Positions 49,299 to 60,882 of a stretch of DNA of 64,000 nucleotides are shown here, one piece after another. The position numbers and the translations under genes were made by a program. The notes under the pieces were generated by a model. It saw only the letters and a list, made by a program, of their open reading frames with translations. It did no database searches and had not been told where the DNA came from. Source of the DNA: Escherichia coli (GTDB taxonomy: Bacteria; Pseudomonadota; Gammaproteobacteria; Enterobacterales; Enterobacteriaceae); NCBI RefSeq assembly GCF_050320075.1, contig NZ_CP190018.1; one strand, written 5' to 3'. Position 1 is the stretch's first letter, and each line of letters opens with the position of its first letter.

Positions 49299-50027
49299 AT
49301 GAGTATTCAATTAAACGGCATTAATTGCTTCTACGGCGCGCATCAGGCGCTGTTCGATATCACGCTGGATTGCCCACAGGGCGAAACGCTGGTGTTACTT
49401 GGCCCCAGCGGCGCGGGTAAAAGCTCGCTGCTGCGTGTACTCAATCTGCTTGAGATGCCGCGCTCCGGTACGCTCAACATTGCAGGCAACCATTTCGATT
49501 TCACCAAAACACCCTCTGACAAAGCGATTCGCGATTTGCGTCGTAACGTTGGCATGGTGTTTCAGCAATACAACCTGTGGCCGCATCTGACCGTGCAGCA
49601 AAACCTGATTGAAGCGCCCTGCCGTGTACTGGGGTTGAGCAAAGATCAGGCGCTGGCCCGTGCAGAAAAACTGCTGGAACGTCTGCGTCTCAAACCTTAT
49701 AGCGATCGTTACCCGCTGCATCTTTCTGGTGGTCAGCAGCAGCGTGTTGCTATTGCCCGTGCGTTGATGATGGAACCGCAGGTACTGCTGTTCGATGAAC
49801 CGACCGCCGCACTGGACCCGGAAATTACGGCACAAATCGTCAGCATCATTCGTGAGTTGGCAGAAACGAATATTACCCAGGTGATCGTCACCCACGAAGT
49901 TGAAGTGGCGCGTAAAACCGCCAGCCGAGTGGTGTATATGGAAAACGGTCATATCGTAGAACAAGGCGACGCGAGCTGCTTTACCGAGCCGCAAACCGAA
50001 GCATTTAAAAACTATCTCTCTCACTAA
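49299..50027 (+). CDS. artP: arginine ABC transporter ATP-binding protein
   Basis: ORF 49200..50027 trimmed to ATG at 49299 ([13 protein letters not shown]..., 242 aa); Walker [10 protein letters not shown]. Confidence 0.95.
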
Positions 50028-50044
50028 TATTCGGGATAACAACA

Positions 50045-50776
50045 ATGAAAAAAGTTCTGATTGCCGCGTTAATTGCAGGTTTTAGTCTTTCCGCCACAGC
50101 TGCCGAAACTATTCGTTTTGCTACCGAAGCCTCCTATCCTCCGTTTGAATCGATTGATGCAAACAACCAGATCGTTGGTTTTGACGTCGACCTGGCACAG
50201 GCACTGTGTAAAGAGATTGATGCAACCTGTACTTTCTCTAACCAGGCGTTTGACAGCCTGATCCCAAGCCTGAAATTCCGTCGCGTAGAAGCAGTGATGG
50301 CGGGCATGGATATCACTCCGGAGCGTGAAAAGCAGGTGCTGTTTACCACCCCTTACTATGACAACTCTGCTCTGTTTGTGGGTCAGCAAGGCAAATACAC
50401 CAGTGTTGATCAGCTGAAAGGCAAAAAAGTCGGCGTTCAGAACGGGACGACACACCAGAAGTTCATTATGGATAAGCACCCGGAAATCACCACCGTTCCG
50501 TATGACAGCTACCAGAACGCAAAACTGGATCTGCAAAATGGTCGTATCGACAGCGTATTTGGTGACACCGCAGTGGTAACCGAATGGCTGAAAGACAACC
50601 CGAAACTGGCGGCAGTGGGCGATAAAGTGACCGATAAAGATTATTTCGGTACTGGCCTCGGCATCGCGGTACGTCAGGGCAACACTGAACTGCAGCAGAA
50701 ACTCAACACTGCGCTGGAAAAAGTGAAGAAAGATGGCACTTACGAAACCATCTACAACAAATGGTTCCAGAAGTAA
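50045..50776 (+). CDS. artI: arginine ABC transporter periplasmic binding protein
   Basis: 243-aa ORF with signal peptide MKKVLIAALIAGFSLSATA. Confidence 0.94.
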   Translation: MKKVLIAALIAGFSLSATAAETIRFATEASYPPFESIDANNQIVGFDVDLAQALCKEIDATCTFSNQAFDSLIPSLKFRRVEAVMAGMDITPEREKQVLFTTPYYDNSALFVGQQGKYTSVDQLKGKKVGVQNGTTHQKFIMDKHPEITTVPYDSYQNAKLDLQNGRIDSVFGDTAVVTEWLKDNPKLAAVGDKVTDKDYFGTGLGIAVRQGNTELQQKLNTALEKVKKDGTYETIYNKWFQK

Positions 50777-50782
50777 TTCCTG

Positions 50783-51499
50783 ATGAATGAATTTTTTCCT
50801 TTAGCAAGCGCCGCCGGGATGACCGTCGGCCTTGCCGTTTGTGCATTGATTGTCGGGCTGGCGCTGGCGATGTTCTTTGCGGTATGGGAGTCTGCAAAAT
50901 GGCGTCCTGTCGCGTGGGCAGGTTCAGCGCTGGTAACCATTCTGCGTGGCCTGCCAGAAATTCTGGTGGTGCTGTTTATCTATTTTGGCTCCTCGCAGCT
51001 GCTGCTGACGCTTTCGGATGGTTTCACTATCAATCTTGGGTTCGTGCAGATCCCGGTGCAGATGGACATTGAGAACTTCGACGTTAGCCCGTTCCTTTGT
51101 GGTGTCATCGCTCTGTCGCTGCTGTATGCCGCCTATGCCTCGCAAACGCTGCGCGGCGCGTTGAAAGCGGTGCCGATGGGTCAGTGGGAATCCGGCCAGG
51201 CGCTGGGGCTGTCGAAATCGGCTATCTTTTTCCGTCTGGTGATGCCGCAGATGTGGCGTCATGCGCTGCCTGGTCTCGGTAACCAGTGGCTGGTGCTGCT
51301 GAAAGATACCGCGCTGGTCAGTTTGATTAGTGTGAATGATTTAATGCTACAAACCAAAAGCATCGCTACCCGTACCCAGGAACCATTTACCTGGTACATT
51401 GTGGCGGCGGCGATTTACCTGGTGATCACCCTGCTCAGTCAGTACATTCTCAAACGCATTGACCTGCGCGCGACACGTTTTGAGCGGAGGCCTGGCTAA
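50783..51499 (+). CDS. artQ: arginine ABC transporter permease
   Basis: 238-aa ORF, polytopic; 1-nt overlap with artM. Confidence 0.94.
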   Translation: MNEFFPLASAAGMTVGLAVCALIVGLALAMFFAVWESAKWRPVAWAGSALVTILRGLPEILVVLFIYFGSSQLLLTLSDGFTINLGFVQIPVQMDIENFDVSPFLCGVIALSLLYAAYASQTLRGALKAVPMGQWESGQALGLSKSAIFFRLVMPQMWRHALPGLGNQWLVLLKDTALVSLISVNDLMLQTKSIATRTQEPFTWYIVAAAIYLVITLLSQYILKRIDLRATRFERRPG

Positions 51500-52167
51500 T
51501 GTTTGAGTATTTACCCGAACTGATGAAAGGGCTGCACACCAGCCTGACGCTAACCGTTGCCTCGCTGATTGTGGCACTGATTCTGGCATTGATTTTTACC
51601 ATCATCCTGACGCTGAAAACGCCGGTACTGGTGTGGCTGGTGCGGGGTTATATTACGCTGTTTACCGGTACGCCGCTGCTGGTGCAGATTTTCCTGATTT
51701 ATTACGGGCCGGGCCAGTTCCCGACGTTGCAGGAGTATCCGGCACTGTGGCATTTGCTGTCAGAACCGTGGCTGTGTGCGCTGATTGCGTTGTCGCTGAA
51801 CAGTGCAGCGTATACCACGCAGCTGTTTTACGGTGCCATTCGTGCGATCCCGGAAGGTCAGTGGCAGTCCTGTAGCGCCCTGGGAATGAGCAAAAAAGAT
51901 ACGCTGGCGATCCTGCTGCCGTATGCCTTTAAACGCTCGCTCTCTTCTTATTCCAACGAAGTGGTGCTGGTGTTCAAAAGTACCTCTCTGGCTTACACCA
52001 TTACGCTGATGGAAGTGATGGGATACAGCCAGTTGTTGTACGGACGCACCTACGATGTCATGGTGTTCGGTGCGGCAGGGATTATTTACCTGGCCGTCAA
52101 CGGCCTGCTGACGCTGATGATGCGTCTGATCGAGCGCAAAGCACTGGCATTCGAACGGCGGAATTAA
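51499..52167 (+). CDS. artM: arginine ABC transporter permease
   Basis: 222-aa [30 protein letters not shown]... Confidence 0.94.
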   Translation: MFEYLPELMKGLHTSLTLTVASLIVALILALIFTIILTLKTPVLVWLVRGYITLFTGTPLLVQIFLIYYGPGQFPTLQEYPALWHLLSEPWLCALIALSLNSAAYTTQLFYGAIRAIPEGQWQSCSALGMSKKDTLAILLPYAFKRSLSSYSNEVVLVFKSTSLAYTITLMEVMGYSQLLYGRTYDVMVFGAAGIIYLAVNGLLTLMMRLIERKALAFERRN

Positions 52168-52184
52168 TGTGGCTGCGTGCTGAT

Positions 52185-52219
52185 GCCGGATGCGGCGTGA
52201 ACGCCTTATCCGGCCTACA
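52185..52219. repeat. REP element
   Basis: gccggatgcggcgtgaacgccttatccggcctaca, canonical REP sequence immediately after artM. Confidence 0.85.
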
Positions 52220-52243
52220 TAGTGCATAAATTCTTATAATGAA

Positions 52244-52277
52244 GACGGACAACCCACTAAGTTGTCCGTCTTTTTTT
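52244..52277 (+). terminator. rho-independent terminator downstream of artM
   Basis: 10-bp stem gacggacaac/gttgtccgtc followed by T7. Confidence 0.85.
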
Positions 52278-52392
52278 ATTCCATGTAAATTATTTAATCA
52301 TATTTATTGCATATAAATTCACTTGATGGCATTGTTATCCCATGCCGCAGACACGGCCAAAAATCATAAGATTGACAGACGGGAGTTCCATC

Positions 52393-53124
52393 ATGAAAAA
52401 GTTAGTTCTTGCCGCTTTACTTGCTTCCTTTACTTTCGGTGCTTCTGCCGCAGAGAAAATCAATTTTGGCGTTTCAGCCACCTATCCACCCTTTGAATCT
52501 ATAGGTGCTAATAATGAGATTGTCGGCTTTGATATCGATCTGGCAAAAGCCTTGTGCAAACAAATGCAGGCAGAATGTACTTTTACGAATCACGCGTTCG
52601 ACAGCCTGATCCCGTCACTGAAATTCAGAAAATATGACGCCGTAATCTCCGGTATGGATATCACCCCGGAGCGTAGCAAACAGGTATCGTTTACCACGCC
52701 CTACTATGAAAACTCAGCCGTCGTGATTGCCAAAAAAGATACCTACAAAACGTTTGCCGATCTGAAAGGCAAACGTATTGGGATGGAAAACGGCACCACG
52801 CACCAGAAATATATTCAGGAGCAGCACCCGGAAGTGAAAACTGTCTCCTATGACAGTTATCAGAATGCCTTTATCGACCTGAAAAATGGTCGTATTGATG
52901 GGGTATTTGGTGACACAGCGGTGGTAAACGAATGGCTGAAAACCAATCCACAACTGGGCGTTGCGACTGAGAAAGTGACCGATCCGCAGTACTTCGGCAC
53001 CGGCCTGGGTATCGCTGTACGTCCGGATAACAAAGCTCTGCTGGAGAAACTGAATAACGCGCTGGCGGCAATTAAAGCTGACGGTACATATCAGAAAATC
53101 AATGACCAGTGGTTCCCACAGTAA
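52393..53124 (+). CDS. artJ: arginine ABC transporter periplasmic binding protein
   Basis: ORF 52342..53124 trimmed to ATG at 52393 (MKKLVLAALLASFTFGASA..., 243 aa); paralog of artI. Confidence 0.94.
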   Translation: MKKLVLAALLASFTFGASAAEKINFGVSATYPPFESIGANNEIVGFDIDLAKALCKQMQAECTFTNHAFDSLIPSLKFRKYDAVISGMDITPERSKQVSFTTPYYENSAVVIAKKDTYKTFADLKGKRIGMENGTTHQKYIQEQHPEVKTVSYDSYQNAFIDLKNGRIDGVFGDTAVVNEWLKTNPQLGVATEKVTDPQYFGTGLGIAVRPDNKALLEKLNNALAAIKADGTYQKINDQWFPQ

Positions 53125-53131
53125 GATTCAG

Positions 53132-53156
53132 AAAGCCGCACCTGCGGCTTTTTTAT
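53132..53156. terminator. bidirectional terminator between convergent artJ and rlmC
   Basis: Hairpin aaagccgca-cc-tgcggcttt followed by T-run. Confidence 0.7.
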
Positions 53157-54280
53157 TGCTTCGCCAGCAGCGTCAGCACTTCATAGTGCGCGGTGTGCGG
53201 GAACATATCAAAAAGCTGTACCCGTTCAATACGGTAACCTGGCAGTTCGCGGATATCTTTCGCCATGGTTTGGGCGTTACAGCTGGAGTAGATAATAAAA
53301 CGCGGTGCCATCGTTGAGAGATAATCACACAGCGGTTTACCAATGCCACGTCGCGGCGGGTTAACCAGCACCAGCTCAGGCACTTCCCCCTGGGCGGTGG
53401 CAAACTGAGTGGAGTCCAGCGCCTGAAATTGCAAACGCGTTAAGCCCAGTTCAGCGGCTGACTGCTTCGCACAGGCAATGGCCTCTGGTGCAATTTCGAT
53501 CCCGGTTAACTGCATGTCAGGCGTCGCGCAGTGTAAACCAAAGCCCCCCACGCCACAGAACAGATCCCACATATGTTTAACTGGCAGCTGCCGTACCCAG
53601 TCGCGCGCGGTAGCGTACAGCTGGCTGGCGACCGCCGGATTAGTCTGGAAGAAACTTTGCGGACGGATCCACAGCGGTACGTCATTAAAACGCTCTGCCA
53701 GCGCCTGTTGTTCAGTCAGGTAGATCTCCGTCTCCCCTTCCATAATCGCCATATGTACCGGCTGAATATTGACGGTAATAACTTTCAGCTGCGGTAGTTG
53801 TTCCTGTAACCACGGCAGCGCCTTACGCAGTTGCGCCAGCTTGGTATCAGAACGCAGTACAAAGCGCAGCATCATGCCGCCATCGCTCTGGCTTTCAGTC
53901 AGCAGAATGTATTTCAGTTCGCCACGCTTACGCGCCACGTTGTAGGGCGTTAACCCCGCTCGGGCGATAAACGGTTTTAGCGCCGCAAAAACGGGCGCAA
54001 ATGAGGCAGGATAAAGCGGGCAGTCACAAAGGTCTTCCGGTGTGCCGTCTCGATGCAGCATACCGAGCAGTGGTTTTTCAACGCTACCACTCACCACCAT
54101 TTTGGCTTTATTACGAAACCCTTGTTCCGGGCCTGACACTGGCGCACACCATTCCTCAACCGGAAAGTCGGCGAGCAGATTTTTAAGATCGGCGGTTTTA
54201 GCGGAGAGTTGCTCTGGAATCGGCTGCGTTATCCACTGACAGGAACGACAGCGACCCGCGTCGTAAAGTGCGCACTGCAT
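53153..54280 (-). CDS. rlmC: 23S rRNA (uracil747-C5)-methyltransferase
   Basis: 375-aa ORF with N-terminal Fe-S Cys motif ([14 protein letters not shown]). Confidence 0.92.
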   Translation of the reverse strand: MQCALYDAGRCRSCQWITQPIPEQLSAKTADLKNLLADFPVEEWCAPVSGPEQGFRNKAKMVVSGSVEKPLLGMLHRDGTPEDLCDCPLYPASFAPVFAALKPFIARAGLTPYNVARKRGELKYILLTESQSDGGMMLRFVLRSDTKLAQLRKALPWLQEQLPQLKVITVNIQPVHMAIMEGETEIYLTEQQALAERFNDVPLWIRPQSFFQTNPAVASQLYATARDWVRQLPVKHMWDLFCGVGGFGLHCATPDMQLTGIEIAPEAIACAKQSAAELGLTRLQFQALDSTQFATAQGEVPELVLVNPPRRGIGKPLCDYLSTMAPRFIIYSSCNAQTMAKDIRELPGYRIERVQLFDMFPHTAHYEVLTLLAKQ

Positions 54281-54320
54281 ACATTGACCTTCACATCATC
54301 AGGGGCGACGATTATACACA

Positions 54321-54809
54321 TTATTGCAACTGGAAGAACCGCCGACTGGTCGAGGGAACGAACAGTAGCAACAGGATGAGCATATCCGGCAACTTCTGCA
54401 GCATCAGGCTATGGAAGATTTCACGTTTTGATTCACCGGGAATGCTGAACAGCTCCGGATAACCATACCCCAGCGAAGCTGCCCACAAGTAACTTGCGGC
54501 TGTGATTTGTGTCAACAGATACAGCCAGCGCGCCCAGCGACGCCCTTTAACCAGCGAAAACGCACACCAGATCTCAATGAAAACCAGCACCAGACTGCTC
54601 AAAAAGACCAGCGTTAAACTCCAGGTTTGTACGCTGCGATGAATGAACTCGCCAATACCGCGCACGCCCAGCGTATTGAAAATCATCAGCACGTCGAGGC
54701 CACGGATCATAATAATGGCGAGCGCCGCCACCTGCACCAGCGCAGGCACATTCAGGCGAGCATGAGATGAAGATGTTTTCTTAAAAAATCCCAACGTTTC
54801 GTCTTCCAT
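54321..54809 (-). CDS. ybjO: inner-membrane protein (DUF2593)
   Basis: 162-aa hydrophobic ORF in conserved position. Confidence 0.85.
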   Translation of the reverse strand: MEDETLGFFKKTSSSHARLNVPALVQVAALAIIMIRGLDVLMIFNTLGVRGIGEFIHRSVQTWSLTLVFLSSLVLVFIEIWCAFSLVKGRRWARWLYLLTQITAASYLWAASLGYGYPELFSIPGESKREIFHSLMLQKLPDMLILLLLFVPSTSRRFFQLQ

Positions 54810-54868
54810 GAAAACAATGCCGCGACATGCGCGGCATTATGTAGCCAGGTTGGCAAATTTTAGTGTCT

Positions 54869-55714
54869 TCAGCCACGTCTTGCACGCTGGATGTCGCGTA
54901 TCCGCTGTTTTTCTGCGCGCGCCATCAGATACCAGGCGATAAATCCGACAATTCCGACCGCGCCGAGGATCAATGTTGCCAGGGCGTTGATTTCCGGATT
55001 CACCCCCATCCGCACGCTGGAAAAGACCAGCATCGGTAACGTGGTGGCTCCCGGCCCGGAAACAAAGCTGGCGATCACCAGATCATCAAGCGACAAAGTA
55101 AAAGCCAGTAACCAGCCAGAAATGATCGCGGGCATGATCATCGGTAGCGTAATGACGAAAAACACTTTCAACGGCGTCGCACCGAGATCCATCGCTGCTT
55201 CTTCTATCGAGCGATCCAGTTCCCGCAGACGCGACGAAATAACGACTGCCACATAAGCCGTACAGAAAGTGACATGCGCCAGCCAGATGGTGAGCATACC
55301 GCGGTCCGCAGGCCAGCCAATGGCATGAGCAAGCGCGACGAATAACAACAATAGCGACAAGCCCGTGATGACATCTGGCATCACCAGCGGCGCGGTGATC
55401 ATAAAGGCAAAACCATTTGATCCGCGAAACCTGCCAAAGCGCACCAGCACGACCGCCGCAATCGTCCCGAGGATCGCCGCCGCCGTCGCCGCACAGGCCG
55501 CAATTGTCAGGCTTAAACCAACCGCACTCATCATTGCGTCATCGCGCAATAACTCACCATACCAGCGTGTTGACCAGCCGGCCCACACCGTCACCAGCTT
55601 CGAGCTGTTGAATGAATAGATCACCAGCATCAGCATTGGCGCGTAGAGAAAGGTGAAGCCCAGCAGCAAAATCACAATCCGCCAGGGCGAACGAACTACC
55701 GGTAAATTATTCAT
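54869..55714 (-). CDS. potI: putrescine ABC transporter permease
   Basis: ORF 54869..55756 trimmed to ATG at 55714 (MNNLPVVRSPWRIVILLLG..., 281 aa). Confidence 0.93.
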   Translation of the reverse strand: MNNLPVVRSPWRIVILLLGFTFLYAPMLMLVIYSFNSSKLVTVWAGWSTRWYGELLRDDAMMSAVGLSLTIAACAATAAAILGTIAAVVLVRFGRFRGSNGFAFMITAPLVMPDVITGLSLLLLFVALAHAIGWPADRGMLTIWLAHVTFCTAYVAVVISSRLRELDRSIEEAAMDLGATPLKVFFVITLPMIMPAIISGWLLAFTLSLDDLVIASFVSGPGATTLPMLVFSSVRMGVNPEINALATLILGAVGIVGFIAWYLMARAEKQRIRDIQRARRG

Positions 55715-56655
55715 CCGTGTTCTCCCACGCTTTTTTGCTGATGCTTGTGGAACCACATTATCGGCACAATTAGCAGCAGCAACATGATGATCGCTACCGC
55801 CGAGGCCACCGGCCAGTCGCGGTTGTTAAAGAACTCCTGCCACAGCACGCGCCCGATCATGATGCTGTCCGGGCCACCGAGCAGTTCAGGGATCACAAAC
55901 TCGCCCACAGCCGGGATAAACACCAGCATCGATCCGGCAATAATCCCGCCTTTGGTCAGCGGCACGATCACAGTAAAGAACGTTTTCAGCGGTCGTGCAC
56001 CGAGATCCAGTGCCGCTTCCACCAGCGAATAATCAATACGAATCAAGGCGGTGTAGATCGGCAGAACCATAAACGGCACGTAGGCATAAACAATGCCGAT
56101 ATAAACGGCCAGATTGGTATGCAGAATGGTCAGCGGCTGGTCGATAACCCCCAGCCACAGCAGAAAATTATTCAGCACGCCGTTATTTTTTAATATTCCC
56201 ATCCAGGCATAAACGCGAATCAGAAACGAGGTCCACGACGGCAGGATCACCAGTAGCAATAAGATATTACGGGTCGAAGGCTTACTGTGCGCCACCGCCC
56301 ACGCCAGCGGATAGCCGATCAGTAAACAGCAAATAGTCGAAATCGCCGCCACCTGTAGCGACTGGAGATAAGCATCGAAATAGAGCGGATCGTCGGTCAG
56401 TTGCAGGAAATTACCGAGATTAAGAGTGATGGAAAGTTGCCCGTCAGCCCACTCCATCAGTTCGGTATAAGGTGGAATGGCGCGCGCCATCTCCGCCAGG
56501 CTTATTTTAAAGACAATCAGAAATGGCAGCAGAAACAGCAGGATTAGCCAGATATACGGCAGCGCAATCACCAGTTTGCGCCCATGCTTCATTTGCAACT
56601 GCGACAGCCACAGCTTAAAGGGTTTTGGCTGGGCAGCAGGTTCAAGTGTACTCAT
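55711..56655 (-). CDS. potH: putrescine ABC transporter permease
   Basis: 314-aa ORF MSTLEPAAQPKPFKLWLSQLQMKHGRK...; stop overlaps potI start. Confidence 0.93.
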   Translation of the reverse strand: MSTLEPAAQPKPFKLWLSQLQMKHGRKLVIALPYIWLILLFLLPFLIVFKISLAEMARAIPPYTELMEWADGQLSITLNLGNFLQLTDDPLYFDAYLQSLQVAAISTICCLLIGYPLAWAVAHSKPSTRNILLLLVILPSWTSFLIRVYAWMGILKNNGVLNNFLLWLGVIDQPLTILHTNLAVYIGIVYAYVPFMVLPIYTALIRIDYSLVEAALDLGARPLKTFFTVIVPLTKGGIIAGSMLVFIPAVGEFVIPELLGGPDSIMIGRVLWQEFFNNRDWPVASAVAIIMLLLLIVPIMWFHKHQQKSVGEHG

Positions 56656-56664
56656 CTTTGCTCC

Positions 56665-57798
56665 TTAAACCGTCAGCACCACACAGCTGTCCACTTCCCA
56701 GCACAAACGCACTTCATCGCCCCAGGTCGGTAACCCTTTACGATGACGATGGGCGTTTTGTAGCTGGGCGCTAATCATCTGCCCACTTTTCAGACGAACG
56801 TGATACACCGAAAGATCGCCGAGATAGGCAATGTGTATCACCTCCCCCACCGCGAAGTTACAACCATTGGCGGGCGGCTCTTCGCAAAGCATGATTTTTT
56901 CCGGACGCAGCGCTACGTGTACCGGCACGTTATCGACCACCGAAGCATCTACATCGACTTTCAGTGGATGCACCAGCCCCGGCGAATAAAGCACCAGACC
57001 ATCTTCCTGGCGCTTTTTGAGTACACATTCAAAGACATTAACCGAGCCAATAAATTCGGCGCTGTAGCGGGTGGTCGGATGCTCATAGATCTCTTCCGGT
57101 TCGCCAATCTGGACAAATTTCCCACGATTCATAATGGCGATGCGCCCCGCCATGGTCATCGCCTCTTCCTGATCGTGGGTGACCATCACACAAGTCACAC
57201 CGACACGCTCCAGAATATCCACCACTTCAAGCTGCATCCGGTCACGCAGCTTTTTATCCAGCGCGCCCATAGGCTCATCGAGCAGTAATAGTTTCGGGCG
57301 TTTGGCAAGGCTTCGGGCCAGGGCCACACGCTGTCGCTGACCACCGGAAAGCTGATGCGGTTTGCGTTTGGCGAACTCCTGCATATGCACCAGGCCGAGC
57401 ATCTCATTGACCCGGCTGGCAATTTCCGCTTTCGGCAATTTGTCCTGTTTCAGGCCAAAAGCGATATTCTGTTCCACGGTCATATGCGGAAACAGCGCGT
57501 AAGACTGAAACATCATATTGATGGGGCGCAGGTAAGGCGGAACCTGTGACAAATCGACGCCATCGAGCATAATCTGCCCGGCAGAAGGTTGTTCGAAACC
57601 TGCCAGCATACGCAGCAGCGTGGACTTGCCACAGCCGGATGCGCCCAGCAGCGCGAAGATTTCGCCTTTATAGATGGTCAGGCTGACATCATCGACCGCA
57701 TGCTGACCATCGTAGGATTTGGTGAGGTTGCGGATTTCTAATAGCGGCGTCAGCGCCTTACGGGTTTTCGCCTGCGGGCGAGGGATAGCGTCATTCAC
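56665..57798 (-). CDS. potG: putrescine ABC transporter ATP-binding protein
   Basis: ORF 56665..57879 trimmed to GTG at 57798 with GGAGAG RBS (VNDAIPRPQAKTRKAL... read as M, 377 aa); Walker A GASGCGKST. Confidence 0.92.
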   Translation of the reverse strand: MNDAIPRPQAKTRKALTPLLEIRNLTKSYDGQHAVDDVSLTIYKGEIFALLGASGCGKSTLLRMLAGFEQPSAGQIMLDGVDLSQVPPYLRPINMMFQSYALFPHMTVEQNIAFGLKQDKLPKAEIASRVNEMLGLVHMQEFAKRKPHQLSGGQRQRVALARSLAKRPKLLLLDEPMGALDKKLRDRMQLEVVDILERVGVTCVMVTHDQEEAMTMAGRIAIMNRGKFVQIGEPEEIYEHPTTRYSAEFIGSVNVFECVLKKRQEDGLVLYSPGLVHPLKVDVDASVVDNVPVHVALRPEKIMLCEEPPANGCNFAVGEVIHIAYLGDLSVYHVRLKSGQMISAQLQNAHRHRKGLPTWGDEVRLCWEVDSCVVLTV

Positions 57799-57892
57799 GG
57801 CAGCTCTCCGGCATTGAATGTGTGCAAGCGCACCATAATGGTGCGAATTGCCGGCGGGTGTGGTGCGCCCGTCCGGCATCTACGACTGCGGA

Positions 57893-59005
57893 TTATTTTC
57901 CGCTCTTCACTTTGGTCCACGCGCGGGTGCGCACACGGTCGATTTTCGGATCCTGTACTTTCAGAGTGAACAGCTTCGCACGAACATCCGCAGGCGGGTA
58001 AATACCCGGGTTATCACGGACTTCCGCACTCACCAGCGGCGTAGCTGCTTTATTGGCGTTAGCATAGAACACATGGTCGGAAATATGCGCCACCACATCC
58101 GGGCGCAGCAGGTAATTCAGGAACTGATAGGCTTCGTCTTTATTTTTGGCATCCGCAGGCATGGCGAAGACATCAAAGAACGCCATCGCCCCTTCTTTCG
58201 GAATCGAGAACGAGACATTAACGCCATTCTTCGCTTCCTTCGCGCGGTTTGACGCCTGCCAGACATCGCCCGCCCAGCCAATAGCGACGCAGATATCGCC
58301 GTTTGCCAGGTCGTTAATGTATTGCGATGAATGGAAATAACGAATGTTCGGGCGCAGCTTTAACAGCAGATCGGTTGCCGGTCCGGTGTAATCATCTGCT
58401 TTAGTGCTGTTGGGATCTTTACCGAGATAATTCAGCACGGTAGCAAACACTTCTTCCGGTGCATCAAGGAAAGAGACGCCGCAGCTTTTCAGTTTTTCCA
58501 GATTTTCAGGCTTGAGGATCAAGTCCCAGCTATCGACGGGCGCGTTTTCGCCCAGCACCGCTTTAACTTTATCAACGTTATAGCCAATCCCGGTCGTCGC
58601 CCACATATAGGGCATAGCAAATTTATTATCCGGGTCGTGTTTGGCAACCAACTTCAGCAGTTCCGGGTCGAGATTCTTCCACTCCGGCAATTTACTTTTA
58701 TCCAGCGGCTGGAAAACTCCCGCAGTCAACTGGCGTTCAAGAAAGCTTGCTGACGGCACCACCAGGTCAAAGCCGGTGCTACCCGCCATTAATTTGCCTT
58801 CCAGTACTTCGTTAGAGTCGAAAACATCGTAGACGACTTTAATACCGGTTTCTTTTTCAAAATTGGCCACCGTGTCCGGGGCGATATAATCAGACCAGTT
58901 ATAAATGTGGAGTGTTTTTTGTTCAGCCGCGAGCGTGCCGACAGAGACGGCCATCAGAGCACCCGCAACCAGACCCGATAGCCATTTTTTATTTAAGGCG
59001 GTCAT
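57893..59005 (-). CDS. potF: putrescine ABC transporter periplasmic binding protein
   Basis: ORF 57893..59155 trimmed to ATG at 59005 (MTALNKKWLSGLVAGALMAVSVGTLA..., 370 aa). Confidence 0.94.
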   Translation of the reverse strand: MTALNKKWLSGLVAGALMAVSVGTLAAEQKTLHIYNWSDYIAPDTVANFEKETGIKVVYDVFDSNEVLEGKLMAGSTGFDLVVPSASFLERQLTAGVFQPLDKSKLPEWKNLDPELLKLVAKHDPDNKFAMPYMWATTGIGYNVDKVKAVLGENAPVDSWDLILKPENLEKLKSCGVSFLDAPEEVFATVLNYLGKDPNSTKADDYTGPATDLLLKLRPNIRYFHSSQYINDLANGDICVAIGWAGDVWQASNRAKEAKNGVNVSFSIPKEGAMAFFDVFAMPADAKNKDEAYQFLNYLLRPDVVAHISDHVFYANANKAATPLVSAEVRDNPGIYPPADVRAKLFTLKVQDPKIDRVRTRAWTKVKSGK

Positions 59006-59355
59006 ATCTCTTTCCTTCTGAAAGTTCGTTAACAAACGAACAAAAGTTGTCACACTGAAAGATATGCAATAAACGTGCATATTTTTTATCGGCGCGGTGT
59101 AAGAAAAGAGAACTCTCTCCCGGCCAGCACTGCTCGCTATATAAAAGCATCGCAAGAATAACTTTAGCCAGGGTTTGAGACTATAGCTCGGATTAAAAAA
59201 CGGTATTTAACAAATTTTTATGCGTATTTGCTCTATGTGATAAAGCCAAATCGGCACAAGAGAAGTGAAATAATCTTTAAGAAAAGGTTAAAAACAGCAG
59301 ATAATTTTGCAGCACGCAGTCACTGCGGCAGCGACTGCGTACTCGAAAGGAGTTA

Positions 59356-59832
59356 TCAGTGGAGGAAATAGTTTTCGGTAACGTTGTTTTGCCCTTCATC
59401 GTCAGTCGGTAACAGCAGTTGATGGGCATTAGCTTCAAGAATGACCATCGAAATCTGCTCTTCGCTCTGACGCACGAACCATGCAAACTGCTCATAGGTT
59501 ACGCCCTGCATAACGGATAAAGACTGGCAAACCACCAGCTTTGGCAGATTATCATCCTGCATATCAAGAAATGCTTTCACGGTCAGCGAACTGGCATTGA
59601 TGGCAGATAAATCTGCCGCCAGGGGCAATACGGCTGAAGGTCGGACTTCCGCCATGGCAGAAAACAGGATCGTGTTATCGATCAGATCGATTTTGGCATC
59701 AAAGACACCGTCGAAATTCTGCATATGGGGCAGATGCAGAGCCTGACAGTTATCACATTCAAAAAAACTCATCCCCAGGTCATCGAGCCATTGACGCAGC
59801 GTATCCAGACCAGGAACGACCAGCGATGTCAT
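59356..59832 (-). CDS. ybjN: YbjN-family putative sensory-transduction regulator
   Basis: ORF 59356..59880 trimmed to ATG at 59832 (MTSLVVPGLDTLRQWLDDLGMSF..., 158 aa). Confidence 0.9.
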   Translation of the reverse strand: MTSLVVPGLDTLRQWLDDLGMSFFECDNCQALHLPHMQNFDGVFDAKIDLIDNTILFSAMAEVRPSAVLPLAADLSAINASSLTVKAFLDMQDDNLPKLVVCQSLSVMQGVTYEQFAWFVRQSEEQISMVILEANAHQLLLPTDDEGQNNVTENYFLH

Positions 59833-59919
59833 AATTTTGTACAACCTCTTTCGATAAAAAGACCGGCACAGCTTACGCAAAAAGCGCAGGCAAAACCATG
59901 ATCAGTAATGTGATTGCGA

Positions 59920-60822
59920 CTAACCACCCGTTTTCAGGCAATATTCTGTCGTAGCGTGGCGTTCGATCCAGCGGATCATTTTACCCGCGATGTCGATACC
60001 GGTGGTTTTTTCTATTCCTTCCAGCCCCGGCGACGCATTCACTTCCATCACCAACGGCCCGCGATTAGCACGCAGAATATCCACACCAGCAACGTCCAGC
60101 GCCATCGTTCGCGCGGCTTTTATCGCGATTTCACGCTCCTGTGGTGTGATACTGGCGACGCTTGCCGCGCCGCCACGATGCAAATTGGAACGAAAATCGC
60201 CCTCTTTCGCCCGCCGTTCAATCGCAGCGACCACTTCATCGCCAACAACCAGACAGCGGATATCGCACCCTTGCGCCTCTTTGATATATTCCTGCACCAG
60301 AATATGCGCGTTCAGACCGCGGAAAGCGTCAATCACGCTTTCGGCCGCCTGACGCGTCTCCGCCAGCACGACGCCAATTCCCTGCGTGCCTTCAACCAAC
60401 TTGACCACCAGCGGCGCACCACCGACCATGTCGATTAAATCGCTGGTATCATCCGGCGAATGCGCAATGCCCGTGACAGGCAGGTCGATGCCCTGACGCG
60501 CCAGCAGTTGCATGGAACGCAATTTGTCACGCGCCCGGGCAATGGCGACCGACTCATTGAGCGGATAGCTCCCCAGCATCTCGAACTGGCGCAGTGCCGC
60601 CGTCCCATAAAAGGTAATGGCGGTGCCAATACGCGGGATCACTGCGTCAAAATGGGGTAACTTGCGGCCTTTGTAGTGAATAGAAGACGCCGCAGGATTT
60701 ATGTTCATGTAGCAAGAAAGCGGATCAAGAATTTCAACCAGGTGACCGCGCTGTATAGCGGCTTCACGCAGCCGCTTACACGAATAGAGCGTTCCATCCC
60801 GGGACAATATGGCAATTTTCAC
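59920..60822 (-). CDS. rimK: ribosomal protein S6 L-glutamate ligase
   Basis: 300-aa [37 protein letters not shown]...; ATP-grasp fold. Confidence 0.95.
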   Translation of the reverse strand: MKIAILSRDGTLYSCKRLREAAIQRGHLVEILDPLSCYMNINPAASSIHYKGRKLPHFDAVIPRIGTAITFYGTAALRQFEMLGSYPLNESVAIARARDKLRSMQLLARQGIDLPVTGIAHSPDDTSDLIDMVGGAPLVVKLVEGTQGIGVVLAETRQAAESVIDAFRGLNAHILVQEYIKEAQGCDIRCLVVGDEVVAAIERRAKEGDFRSNLHRGGAASVASITPQEREIAIKAARTMALDVAGVDILRANRGPLVMEVNASPGLEGIEKTTGIDIAGKMIRWIERHATTEYCLKTGG

Positions 60823-60882
60823 CCTGCACCTCTCTGTCAGACCTGGTCAAAAGCCCGCGTATCATACATCGGCGTGGCGGTT

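Noticed and set aside
49395-50045. 216-aa minus-strand ORF
   Set aside because: Antisense to artP.
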